Shown here piece by piece: positions 18,170-27,619 of a DNA stretch of 60,672 nt. Positions within the stretch are counted from its first letter, which is position 1. The number at the start of each line of letters is the position of its first letter. The stretch covers positions 1 to 60,672 of IMG/VR virus record IMGVR_UViG_3300025146_000015; one strand, 5' to 3'. Under the pieces are notes generated by a model. That model worked only from the letters and a program-made list of their open reading frames with translations, had not been told where the DNA came from and did not search any database. The stretch is from a virus (taxonomy: Duplodnaviria; Caudoviricetes). The position numbers and the translations under genes are program-made.

Positions 18170-19803
18170 TGGCAACTCTCTACATTCGCGAAGTCGGCGG
18201 CACGACGGCCCGGGCTACGCTGGCGTGCACGGTCACGTATATCGTGGTGTCATTCTCGTCTCCGTCTCCAGGGGCCGGATACATTATGGGCTTGGCGAGG
18301 ACAACCACGGGCACGTCGTCGCTAGACGTGCCGCTAGAGTTATCGTTCAGGTCTGATTTCAGTGTGATCGCCAGTCCACCCGGCGGAATCACGCCAGTAG
18401 GCGGAGCGTGGTCCGGACCAGTTACAGCGGTAGCTGGGGACGTCGGGCAGCCGAAACTCTATGTGCGCGAGGTCGGTGGGAGCACGTCACGAGATGATCT
18501 GGATGTTGTGACGACGGATTGGGAAGCCTGTTTTGCTGGGGCTACGCCCGTATTGATCTACGACATCAACCGAACTGATCTCGTGTCCGTCGTGGCGGGC
18601 GAGGTGATCTCGGTGACGCAAGTCACGGGCGGGACTGTGGCTGACGTTTTGGTGGGGCCATCCGGCAATCTAGCGTACGTGGCGAGCGATGCCGATTTTG
18701 GCGGGCTGCCTTCCGCTCGGAACGCCACCACCAAGTATCTGAAGAGCACCACGCCAGCGAGCGCTGCTTCGCAGGCACAACCTAATTACCGTGTGCTGCT
18801 AGCTACCGAGGCCGCAGCTGCCTCACAAATGTCTCTGGCCTGCGCAGACAACACGGATCGGCAAGAGCTGTGGTCCGAAGGCGCGATCACACCACCGTAT
18901 TGGGTGGGGTACGCCGGTGGACCGCTTCATCGCATCTATGCTGGAGAGACCGGGCGTACGAACATCATACCCAAGGAAATTGAGTCACTAGCGATCATCT
19001 ACTGCGACGGCGCGAACTCCTGGGTCCGCGTGAGGCGGTCTGATGGGCTGGTCGCGCAAGGCAAGGTGTGGTCAACGATAGGCACTCAGCAGATGCGAGG
19101 CGTGAGTTTGCTGGCACACAATTCCGGAGGAGTCAATGTCGTCGGCGCCGTTGCGGCCGAGGCCGATGTGACCGGGTTGACATCCGGTAACATTACGCTG
19201 CTCGATGGCTACGCCGATGCCATCTGGGGGACCACGAAGCACTATCGGACCATTGTTTCGTGTGTCGGAAACTCGCTCACGATTGGGGCGCCGCCAACGA
19301 TCGTCCCGTACCCCACGCCATTGCTGGCTCTATTGGGTGCAGATGATCAAGTCTGGAACTGGGGCCACAGTAGCTATGACACTGAGCAACTTACGGCGCT
19401 GCTGGCGACGGAGGGGGCAAAGCAATTCGACGGGATCAGCCACGCGCGCAACGTGATGATCCTGTGGGAGTCGGTCAACGATCACATCAACGATGGATGT
19501 ACCCCGGCGCAGTCGTACGCCCGGCACCAGGCATTTGTGACGGCTGCTCGTGCTGCGGGTTGGACCGGCTACATTCTGGTCACCGCGATCGGCCCGAACA
19601 ACGCCTGGTCTGAGGTGGAGCGGGCCGAATTCAATGCGTTGCTCGTGGCAGACAACGCCGGGGCTGACGGGACCGTGACCGCTATCTCTACCGACCCGGC
19701 GCTCGATCCGCCGGCGTATGACGGCCTGCACTACACGACGGCTCAGCACGTGCTCATTGCTGCCCACTTCCACGCGGCGATTGCCGCGCTGGCGTTCCCA
19801 TGA
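18169..19803 (+). CDS. fibre-like protein with C-terminal SGNH/GDSL hydrolase domain
   Basis: CVGNSLT (block I), ESVND (block III), DGLHY (block V); GGAG RBS and TGATG coupling. Confidence 0.7.
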   Translation: MATLYIREVGGTTARATLACTVTYIVVSFSSPSPGAGYIMGLARTTTGTSSLDVPLELSFRSDFSVIASPPGGITPVGGAWSGPVTAVAGDVGQPKLYVREVGGSTSRDDLDVVTTDWEACFAGATPVLIYDINRTDLVSVVAGEVISVTQVTGGTVADVLVGPSGNLAYVASDADFGGLPSARNATTKYLKSTTPASAASQAQPNYRVLLATEAAAASQMSLACADNTDRQELWSEGAITPPYWVGYAGGPLHRIYAGETGRTNIIPKEIESLAIIYCDGANSWVRVRRSDGLVAQGKVWSTIGTQQMRGVSLLAHNSGGVNVVGAVAAEADVTGLTSGNITLLDGYADAIWGTTKHYRTIVSCVGNSLTIGAPPTIVPYPTPLLALLGADDQVWNWGHSSYDTEQLTALLATEGAKQFDGISHARNVMILWESVNDHINDGCTPAQSYARHQAFVTAARAAGWTGYILVTAIGPNNAWSEVERAEFNALLVADNAGADGTVTAISTDPALDPPAYDGLHYTTAQHVLIAAHFHAAIAALAFP

Positions 19804-20054
19804 TCCGCCTATACTTTCTAGCCCTCGCCCTCCTCCTCCCCGCCTGCGCCCCAGTCGCACAGCGAGACGCCGCACTGGCCGCGGTCGTCGCAGGAGCTAC
19901 CGCTTCGGTCGCGTGTGGCATCGCCAACGGGCAGACTCGCCACCAGTTCGAGTTCGGCGCCTGCGCGATCGTGGGCGGGACCGTCGCGATCGGTGGCGGG
20001 GTCGTGCTGCACTCACAACTCGAGGCGGGGGACCGCCAGGAGACAACCAGATGA
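19800..20054 (+). CDS. small putative lipoprotein/membrane protein
   Basis: LLLPAC lipobox plus hydrophobic segments. Confidence 0.5.
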   Translation: MIRLYFLALALLLPACAPVAQRDAALAAVVAGATASVACGIANGQTRHQFEFGACAIVGGTVAIGGGVVLHSQLEAGDRQETTR

Positions 20055-20725
20055 CTCAAGTACTCGCGTTTCTCAATGCTCCAGGCGTCCAGCACTACGT
20101 TGTGCTTGCCGTAGTCGCTCTCTTGTTCGTGGCCCGCGTGCTCTCGAAGTCCGAGGCCCCGACGCTGTGGTCTCTCCTGCCGGCATGGTGCGATATCACG
20201 ACGTGGCCGCGACTCGCGCAGCCCATCGTGCCGTTCGTTCTCGCTGGAGGGCCGATCGTGGTGGCCGGGTTTGCGTCTGACGGAATCGATGCGTCGGAGC
20301 TTGCCGCGGCATTCTGGGCGGGCGTCGAAGCGACAGGTGTCTACCATCTGGCCAAGAAAGCGGTCCCGGCTCCGGCGGTGGCGGGCAAGATCGTGGCGGC
20401 GTCACTGCTGCTGATCGCGAGCGGATGCGCTGGTTCGTTCGAGGAAAGTCGTCTCGCCGGTCTCAACCCGCAGGCTCGTGCCTCCGCTCCTCCCCCGACG
20501 GAGCGATGCGTCTCCCTCGACAGCCAGCACCGAAACTGGGGCGGGGTCGCCAAGATCTCTGCAGTGCTCGCCGGCGGCAGTGGCCTCTCGACCATCCCGG
20601 CGGAGGACAAGACGCTTCGCATCGGGCTCGCCGCGGGGGCTGCAGCGACGGCGGCTCTGGCTGCGGGTGCGGGGTACCTGTCCGAGTCGGCAGCCACCAG
20701 TTGGGCGAGGGAGTGCTCGCAGTAG
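20051..20725 (+). CDS. multi-pass membrane protein (holin-like?)
   Basis: ATG 20051 overlaps the upstream stop; several hydrophobic helices; internal LIASGC lipobox-like motif. Confidence 0.5.
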   Translation: MTQVLAFLNAPGVQHYVVLAVVALLFVARVLSKSEAPTLWSLLPAWCDITTWPRLAQPIVPFVLAGGPIVVAGFASDGIDASELAAAFWAGVEATGVYHLAKKAVPAPAVAGKIVAASLLLIASGCAGSFEESRLAGLNPQARASAPPPTERCVSLDSQHRNWGGVAKISAVLAGGSGLSTIPAEDKTLRIGLAAGAAATAALAAGAGYLSESAATSWARECSQ

Positions 20726-20735
20726 GGCATGTGTC

Positions 20736-21083
20736 ACGCGACTCGGAATTGGCATCGGACTTGGTTTCGCTTGCGGGACTGCGGCACAGATATCGGTTCC
20801 AGAGCCCGAAGACTCTAGGTATGACGTGCTGATCAACGTCGCAACCGACACGACGCTCGACACGCGCAACACTTGCGTCGTGGTCACGGGAAACTCTGCC
20901 CCCGTTCTGGTGACACTTCCTGCAACTCCAGCGTTCGGGCAGCTCGTGACGGTGGTGGACGGGGACGGTCATTCGGCCGTCTACCCGATCACCGTCCTGG
21001 GAAACGGCATGCTCATCAACGTGGGTTGCGGCCGCCACAGGCCGAATGCTCGTCGGATTCGACGCGAGCCAGACCGAGTTTGA
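20736..21083 (+). pseudogene. damaged fibre gene: (M)RLGIGIGLG anchor plus T4 gp9/10-like segment
   Basis: ACG where ATG is expected; VTLPATPAFGQLVTVVDG...ITVLGNGMLIN, then homology switches frame near 21019. Confidence 0.5.
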
Positions 21084-21636
21084 TACGATCCGCGAGACCG
21101 GGGGATCGAAGACGGTCACACCATCCGGAACCGTCAGCCAGCCGACGTTCGCGGGCTCGGCGCTGGGAACGCACAGCCACGGAGTCGGGACCTACGCAGC
21201 GGTCGCCGCCAGCGCCGGGACTCCCTCGGGCACGTGCACGGCCCCAACGTTTACCGGATCAGCCCTCGGAACTCACGCCCACGAGCTTCCGATCCAGCTT
21301 GTGAGCGGGACAAGCGGTCGTCACCTGGCGTCGACGGTGTTTGGGACGGGCACTAGCCGGGCCGCCCAGGGCCAATGGACCAAGACGGCCAACACGACGT
21401 CGGCAGCCGTAGCGCTGAGCCAAGCAATCACCGCTGGCACCCCGGCAGGGACATGCACAGCCCCGACATTCACCGGAAGCTCGTTGGGGACCCACGGTCA
21501 CTCGTGCTCCGGATCGAGCGAGTCTGTCAGCGCCGGCACGCCTGCCGGTACCGTCAGCACGCCGAGCTTCACTGGCGCCGAGCAGACGAATCTTCCGCCG
21601 TACCTTGTCGTGCACATGTGGGAAAGGACCTCCTGA
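21019..21636 (+). CDS. gp10-C-type fibre domain with HxH motifs (5'-truncated; first ATG at 21046)
   Basis: TWVAAATGRMLVG...ETGGSKT...NLPPYLVVHMWERTS; three GTHxH motifs and AGTPxGT repeats; paralogous to 13995-15896. Confidence 0.65.
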   Translation, partial: TWVAAATGRMLVGFDASQTEFDTIRETGGSKTVTPSGTVSQPTFAGSALGTHSHGVGTYAAVAASAGTPSGTCTAPTFTGSALGTHAHELPIQLVSGTSGRHLASTVFGTGTSRAAQGQWTKTANTTSAAVALSQAITAGTPAGTCTAPTFTGSSLGTHGHSCSGSSESVSAGTPAGTVSTPSFTGAEQTNLPPYLVVHMWERTS

Positions 21637-22091
21637 TGCAAGATTCCATGATGGCTCACGTGACGCGCGGATTCCTCGCGGGGTTCGCTCTCTGCTGCAT
21701 GGCTGCCCTTCCGGCTTCGAGCTGTGACGTCCCAGACCCTGTCCCCCCCGAGCCGCCGCCGGCGACGGGCGGCTACTGGCCGACACCACCCGTAACCGGA
21801 GGCTCGGTCGCCACCGGGGGAAGCGCGGGAACGGGCGGGACAGTGAGCACCGGGGGTCAACCGGCGCCCGTGGACGACTGCGAGGTTGCTGAGCGGCGCC
21901 TCCGGGAGCTCCAGTGCCGCTCCCCTGCTGGCCTCCCACGGTGGGAGACTCCCGCCGGGACCCCGCTCTCGGTTGTCTGCCGAGCTCGAGCGGCCGACGG
22001 AGACCCGATCTGTCCGCGATGCATAGCGTCGGTATCAACATGCTCCGAGGTCGATCTTTGCCGTCCACGCTCACCAGGAGTTTGCCCGTGA
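21636..22091 (+). CDS. putative lipoprotein with TGG/GGSAGTGG linker and Cys-rich domain
   Basis: Signal peptide ending ASSC; Pro/Gly/Thr linker; six Cys in the C-terminal domain. Confidence 0.6.
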   Translation: MQDSMMAHVTRGFLAGFALCCMAALPASSCDVPDPVPPEPPPATGGYWPTPPVTGGSVATGGSAGTGGTVSTGGQPAPVDDCEVAERRLRELQCRSPAGLPRWETPAGTPLSVVCRARAADGDPICPRCIASVSTCSEVDLCRPRSPGVCP

Positions 22092-22888
22092 CCATCATCG
22101 TCAGAGCCACCGGTCTTCGACGCGCGACCGAGCGCCAGCAGAGGAGCGCTACGCGCTACGTGGGCGCGAGCGCTACCCGCGCCGTGTCCTACCCGGTGCA
22201 GCAGCCCATCGCGCGCATCATCGACCAAGGCAACCTAGGGGCATGCGTGGGATGCGCCATGTGCGCGGGAGCCGAGGCGGTACTCGGCATTCCTCCCCGG
22301 ATCTCCTGGGTGCGCCTGTGGACGGACGCCCGCAGACGGGACGGCAACATCACTGGCAACGAGGACGGGACGTGGTTCGCCTCGGCGATTCAATCCGCCA
22401 TGATCCGAGGGTTCGACCCCGAGGAGACCGGCGAGTGGAATGACGTCACCGAGCAAACCGAGCCCGATGACCTGGACTCAGAGCTCGCGGCGTACGACAC
22501 CCGCCAGACCGACTCCGAGCACTGGCGATGCGACGACGGGAACCTGGAGGCTGTCGACGACGCTCTGGAGCGGGGCTTCGCGGTTGGGATTGCGACCGGC
22601 GTCCGGGACCCGTACTTCGATTTCTTCTCAGCCGAGCGTTCTCCCCTACTTGCCGACCTCGTCCTGGGAACGGCCGCCATGGGCGGCAGCAGCAACGGAC
22701 ACGAGCAACGGGTCGTCGCCGTCGAGTACATCGCCGGAGTGCGTCAGTACGTGATTCAGAACTCGTGGGGGCTCAACGGCGGCTGCCACCTTCCAGATGG
22801 CAATTTCCAACTCGGCTGCGCCAAAGTCTCCGAGGCCGTCATTCGAGACGCATGGGACGTCGACTGCCTTTACATTCGGCGGAGGTAG
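22088..22888 (+). CDS. papain-like (C1) cysteine peptidase
   Basis: DQGNLGACVG (Gln/Cys), GHEQ (His), IQNSWG (Asn). Confidence 0.85.
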   Translation: MTIIVRATGLRRATERQQRSATRYVGASATRAVSYPVQQPIARIIDQGNLGACVGCAMCAGAEAVLGIPPRISWVRLWTDARRRDGNITGNEDGTWFASAIQSAMIRGFDPEETGEWNDVTEQTEPDDLDSELAAYDTRQTDSEHWRCDDGNLEAVDDALERGFAVGIATGVRDPYFDFFSAERSPLLADLVLGTAAMGGSSNGHEQRVVAVEYIAGVRQYVIQNSWGLNGGCHLPDGNFQLGCAKVSEAVIRDAWDVDCLYIRRR

Positions 22889-23529
22889 CCTCTAGGACCG
22901 GCATCAACATGTTTCCAGGTTTTCCCCTTCCAGATGAAAACGATCGCGCTCGCGGAAACGCCGAACCTCGTTCCGATGTCACGGTAGGCAACGCCGGATC
23001 TCCTGAGTGTGCAGATGGAGATTATGTCACAATTGCTCAGCTTCGACCGTGCATTGTCCTCCCCGCGCTTCAACCTTTCAGGATGGAGTCGAGACCCATT
23101 CGAGTCTCCGCGTGCTGCCCGTTCAGGATGGAGATGAAGCCCAGCACGGTCCCCTCGGCAGATGCTTTCCGGATGCATAGCCGCTCCGTGTCTTTTTTTG
23201 GTGACCATGTCTCGAGAGTTGTCCCTCGGGGTCCCCTCCCACAGGTGCCCAGGGTTGCAACACGACGGGTTGTCGCAACGATGCAGACAGAACGGGAATG
23301 CCCATCTATCGTGCGCAAGATAGAACGAGACCCAGTGGGCCAACAGGCGATAGACCTTACCAGTCCGGGAAACCGTGAAGTTCCCGTACCCAGCAGGAAG
23401 ACACCCATATCGCCACACCCAGCACGGGCCCAACTCGGGGCAATGTGGCGGGGTCGGCCCGTTCTTGTTGACCTTCGACCAGAACCGCTCGACATCCTTC
23501 GCGGTCAAGGTCAGAATCAGTTTGCTCAT
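22870..23529 (-). CDS. HNH homing endonuclease
   Basis: RFWSKV, CWVW and LHRCDNPSCCNPGHLWEGTPRDN motifs; three HPExxxRG repeats; C-terminal HTH. Confidence 0.9.
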   Translation of the reverse strand: MSKLILTLTAKDVERFWSKVNKNGPTPPHCPELGPCWVWRYGCLPAGYGNFTVSRTGKVYRLLAHWVSFYLAHDRWAFPFCLHRCDNPSCCNPGHLWEGTPRDNSRDMVTKKRHGAAMHPESICRGDRAGLHLHPERAARGDSNGSRLHPERLKRGEDNARSKLSNCDIISICTLRRSGVAYRDIGTRFGVSASAIVFIWKGKTWKHVDAGPRGYLRRM

Positions 23530-23618
23530 GGGAACCTACTTTCCTGTGGCCAAGCCCCGGGTCGCGCAAACGATGCCGGGGCAACTCGATTTGTAGCAGA
23601 AACACACGGGGGGTTCCA

Positions 23619-24380
23619 GTGGTGATCGGAGGTCACGTGGCAAGCATCCACGACGAAGCCCGAATCTTCGCATGCAACGCGGTGGGAACGCTCACTGGAC
23701 AGGACCCACACTTCAATGCTACCCGCCACCTTGCCGGTATCGGTCATCTCGAAACCAGCTACGGGCGCGGGTGGAAGGGGGCCGGCGTTGGATCGTGGAA
23801 CATCGGGGCGATTCAAGCCGGCGCATCGTGGAACGGCTACGTGTTCGTCTACACGGACACCCACCCGGAAGCAGACGGTAGCTCGACGCCATACCAGGTC
23901 GCGTTCCGCAAGTACCCGACTCCGCAGGCGGGATGGGATGACCTGGCCAGGGTGATGTTCGGAGGACGGCGACGTGATGTGCTCGTCGCGGCCTCCGCCG
24001 GTTGCACGTACACCGTGAGCCAGCGGATGCGAGAGACGGGGTACTATGAGGGTTTCGGCCCCACGCAAACCGACCGAATCAGAAACCACTTCCTGGCGCT
24101 ACGCAAGGGGATTTGGATCGCCGATGGAGCGCAGGGCATCGAGGTTCCGAATGGAGCTCCGGTGGGCATACCGAAGACCGTGCGTCGCAGAGATCACGGC
24201 GACGCGGTGAAGACGCTTCAGCGAGAATTGCAACTGGCTGCCGACGGGATTTTCGGAGTAATCACCGAGCGCTATGTCCGCGACTACCAGGGTGCCAACG
24301 GTCTACTGTCCGATGGCATCGTCGGCCCTGCAACGTGGAGCGCGCTGTTCAGCGACTCCTACACGCCGGAACCGGCATGA
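23619..24380 (+). CDS. endolysin (glucosaminidase-like domain plus peptidoglycan-binding domain)
   Basis: LETSYG, NIGAIQ, FRKYPT and GYY motifs; C-terminal ADGIFG...DGIVGPATW. Confidence 0.85.
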   Translation: MVIGGHVASIHDEARIFACNAVGTLTGQDPHFNATRHLAGIGHLETSYGRGWKGAGVGSWNIGAIQAGASWNGYVFVYTDTHPEADGSSTPYQVAFRKYPTPQAGWDDLARVMFGGRRRDVLVAASAGCTYTVSQRMRETGYYEGFGPTQTDRIRNHFLALRKGIWIADGAQGIEVPNGAPVGIPKTVRRRDHGDAVKTLQRELQLAADGIFGVITERYVRDYQGANGLLSDGIVGPATWSALFSDSYTPEPA

Positions 24381-24438
24381 CGATCAACCCCTCGCCAACT
24401 TGGGGAACCATTTCCTGCTACGTGGAGAACGACAACCC

Positions 24439-24810
24439 ATGAACGCTGAACGACCACCGCCCAACGAGAGTTCCGTGCCCGATCCAATCGGGCAGATCCC
24501 CCGGGCGCCTCCCGTCGCCCACGTTGACGACACCATTCCGGCAGGCCCTGACGCGATCCGTGACCTGGTCCAATCGGTGGCCGAACTGCGACACGACATC
24601 CGGGAATACCGAGACGAGGTCTGCCGGATGGGACGCCGACAGGAAGAGCTGCACCGGGCAGTGCTTCGCATCGGGGAATCGCAGGCTGAGATCTTGACCC
24701 TGCTTCGCTCGTACACCGACCGGCTCGACCGGATCGAAGGGCAGTGCGTGGCGACCCACGGGCGCCGGCCGGCACTTGCTGTCGTGGACGGTCGGGAGCC
24801 GGGTCCGTGA
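24439..24810 (+). CDS. hypothetical coiled-coil protein
   Basis: GGAG RBS; heptad-like region; follows the endolysin. Confidence 0.5.
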   Translation: MNAERPPPNESSVPDPIGQIPRAPPVAHVDDTIPAGPDAIRDLVQSVAELRHDIREYRDEVCRMGRRQEELHRAVLRIGESQAEILTLLRSYTDRLDRIEGQCVATHGRRPALAVVDGREPGP

Positions 24811-25487
24811 CCAAGTGGACTCCTGGTCTGCCGGGGGTTCCGCTGCCTCCGCCGAGCCCGGTCCACCCGAGACGCGCCCCGACTCCACCGCTCGGAGCTC
24901 TCACCCTCCAGGCTGTCGAACGTGTGCATCCGATTCATCCGCTCGTTCCTCCGTCGCTTCCGCAGATAGCCAACGAGCTGACTCCGGTGGACGGTGGCTA
25001 CGAGGCCCTGATCCGTCGGATCTACGAGAGCGTCCGGGCCATCCACACCTCGTCCCGAGCCCAGGCGCAGACGATCGAGTCCGTCTCGGTCCGAGTAGAC
25101 TCCCTGGACGACGCCAACCGGGAGCGTGCCGCGGCGAAGGCGCGACTGGTCCGGGTGATGGCCTGGGGAGTGATCCCAGTGCTGACGTCCATCGTGGGCT
25201 CGGCAATGTGGGTCGGAGGGGCTGTCCGGGATTCGATGGCCGCGCAGAACCGAGAGCAGGCCGCCGCAGTCGCCCGGGCCGTGGCCGGGGAGCTCGCGTC
25301 ACAGCTGTCCGAGCTCCGACGTCAGGACCTCGAGCAGAGGGCCGCCATCGCAGCGGTGGACAAGGATCTGTCGGCCAAGATTGCGGCCCGCCCCCTGCCA
25401 CGCGCCACCGATACCGTCAGGAGAGCGTCGACGCCGCCGGCGCCCGTCCACCAAGATCTCGAAAGGCCCAACGACTACGGGTTTTGA
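24807..25487 (+). CDS. membrane-anchored coiled-coil protein (possible lysis accessory)
   Basis: GTGA overlap with the upstream gene; one TM helix flanked by coiled coils. Confidence 0.5.
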   Translation: MTKWTPGLPGVPLPPPSPVHPRRAPTPPLGALTLQAVERVHPIHPLVPPSLPQIANELTPVDGGYEALIRRIYESVRAIHTSSRAQAQTIESVSVRVDSLDDANRERAAAKARLVRVMAWGVIPVLTSIVGSAMWVGGAVRDSMAAQNREQAAAVARAVAGELASQLSELRRQDLEQRAAIAAVDKDLSAKIAARPLPRATDTVRRASTPPAPVHQDLERPNDYGF

Positions 25488-25553
25488 CGTGCTACACTCG
25501 ACATCCAACCATCCACACGGGGCCCATTGGGTTTCCCGATTTGGAGGAAGCAA

Positions 25554-25937
25554 ATGTCCAATCAATTCGCGTACACGGTCAAGGCCTACACGTTCGACGA
25601 CGGCAGCCAGGGATTCTTCGCGTCGCTGTTGTCCAGGCCCGAAGATGGATCTACGGGGACAACGCAGGAGGACGCCGTAGCTGGCTTGATCCAGTTCGTG
25701 GCTCAACTGGCCTACGACAGAGAGCTGCTACCTGACTGCCCGGAAGCAGAGGTCAAGTCCGACTCGATCCAGCGCGCCATGTTCCTGCTAGCAACCGACC
25801 TTCGACGAGAAGTAAACTCCCGCGAACAGGCGATGAACTTCGGCGATCTGGACGCTTCAGCGATCCAGCGCAGGTCCGAGCGCATCGGAAACCTCGGGAC
25901 GGCCATTGCGGCACTGTCCCGCGTCAAGCCCGACTGA
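25554..25937 (+). CDS. hypothetical protein with HicB-like N-terminus
   Basis: GGAGG RBS; YTVKAYTFDDGSQGFFASL...GTTQEDAVAGL. Confidence 0.5.
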   Translation: MSNQFAYTVKAYTFDDGSQGFFASLLSRPEDGSTGTTQEDAVAGLIQFVAQLAYDRELLPDCPEAEVKSDSIQRAMFLLATDLRREVNSREQAMNFGDLDASAIQRRSERIGNLGTAIAALSRVKPD

Positions 25938-25961
25938 TCACCAGCCCGCCGGTACCACGAT

Positions 25962-25995
25962 GCCCCGCTGCCCTCACGGGTGGCGGGGCGTTTCT
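25962..25995 (+). terminator. intrinsic terminator-like hairpin
   Basis: GCCCCGCTGCCC-TCAC-GGGTGGCGGGGC followed by GTTTCT, after the stop at 25937. Confidence 0.6.
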
Positions 25996-26549
25996 GCGTC
26001 AGGCCGACTGGCATGAGCATGATTCGCACATCAGGTGGCATCCTGAGAGCGGTTGTCCATGACGGAATCAGCACCAAAAAGTTGGCCCCGGGGTTGGACG
26101 ACGCCCGGGGCCTGTGTTACCCTTGCGGGTGGACGATGATACGGAGATCTTCCCATTCAAAACCGACGACGTCAAGTACGTTTCGGTCGAAGCGCTCCCG
26201 GTGGCGCACAATTGGACCTGCGTCCAGGGTCTACGGCGGAAGCCGAAATGGCCGGACAGTAGCGCGGTTACCGAAAAAACCAGGAGGGAAACCACCCTGG
26301 CCTCGGGATTTCCGGTGTTCGCCGGGGACCGAGCGGCGCACTTTGCCAACGGAGTCTGGAAATAACGGGGGTCATCCTGCTCGGAGGGCGGTCGTGCCTA
26401 GCCGTGCTGCCTCGTTGAGTTCCAGGCTTCGTCAACCCACCACCGGTGCTGGGGCCGCGTCCTGCTGTACAGGAGACATCCAAAAGGGTCGTCGAGTGCT
26501 ATTCCCTGGGCAGGGGTCTCGACCCGAATGCCGCGCGGCGGAGATGTCT

Positions 26550-26744
26550 CTACCTTCGGACAAGAAGAGCTAAGTCACCGGAGAGATCCGGGTCGGAGCA
26601 CGGACCCTGGTGGTGGTTTGTCTCAGGTGAAATCTCGACCTGCTCTCCGTCGATCGTGGTCCGGCCGTCGTGCTCTGGGAGCTCGGACGGGTCGCGGCGG
26701 AGCATCAGGGCGAGGCGGGCGCGGTCGAGCGTGCTGAGGTCCAT
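26550..26744 (-). CDS. hypothetical protein
   Basis: 64 aa ORF at the end of the leftward arm. Confidence 0.4.
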   Translation of the reverse strand: MDLSTLDRARLALMLRRDPSELPEHDGRTTIDGEQVEISPETNHHQGPCSDPDLSGDLALLVRR

Positions 26745-26956
26745 GGTTGGTGTACGGTACGGTCGTGTGGCCGGTTAAGGGTTGGGACGGACATGATCGT
26801 AGAAACAGACCCCGGACCTACGGCCCCGCATGTTCGTCCAGCGCTGTAGGTGCCGGGCCCATTCGAGCGTGCATCGCCAGCAGACGAGGAAGGTCGGGGT
26901 GTAGACGCAGCCCGTCGCCGGGTGCGCGGCACCACCGCAGATTCGGCAGGGAGAGG

Positions 26957-27205
26957 TCACGCGACCCGCCGCTTCCACTCGGGCCAGGCCGCTACGCGTT
27001 CGGAAGCCCGCTCAGCCCCGGCCAGGACCTCGGAGAGGGAAGGCTCCCGGGGCACGTGCCGGAGGCCCACGGCGAGCTCCACGTCAGCCGCCAGGCGCTC
27101 CAGCTCCGCTGCTCCCAGGACTGCCTCGGCCACGTCCAGGGCGCCGTGGAGGCGCTGCAATGCCCTAGTTCGGGTCGTGGTGTCGGATTCGGTCGGGCGG
27201 GCCAT
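26957..27205 (-). CDS. hypothetical protein
   Basis: AGGAG RBS; 82 aa. Confidence 0.5.
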   Translation of the reverse strand: MARPTESDTTTRTRALQRLHGALDVAEAVLGAAELERLAADVELAVGLRHVPREPSLSEVLAGAERASERVAAWPEWKRRVA

Positions 27206-27619
27206 GGCTTGCTCCTAGGCCCCTTCTGTCGGGGCCGGCTAGCGGGTGTGCATGATCCGTAGTGTGCGCCCAGTTAGGTCGGCGGGTCAAGCGTCGCGCA
27301 ACGCTCCGCGATGCAATAGCTCGCACAGCACCGGGCCTTCGCCGTCGTAGTCCCTCGGCGCGGCAGTCGCCGGGTGAGACTCCTCCGTCAGTCCAATACT
27401 CGATTTCCTGGGTCTGTCGACGTGTCAGTAACCAGCCGTTGGTAGTCTCGCGGGTATTCATGACCCCGAAAGCCCGGGGCTCGTGGCCTACCGGGCTGGG
27501 GTGCCGGGCTTTCCCCGGCTGGTGCATGGCTACCTCCTAGGTCTGGGACCTGTGGTCCATCGACGTCCCTAGCCCCCGGGCTCATTCGCGAGCGCGGGGG
27601 CGGGACGGGGGAGGGTGGA

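Noticed and set aside
12822-21636. Diversity-generating retroelement or invertible fibre cassette
   Set aside because: No reverse transcriptase, no serine invertase and no template/variable repeat pair seen
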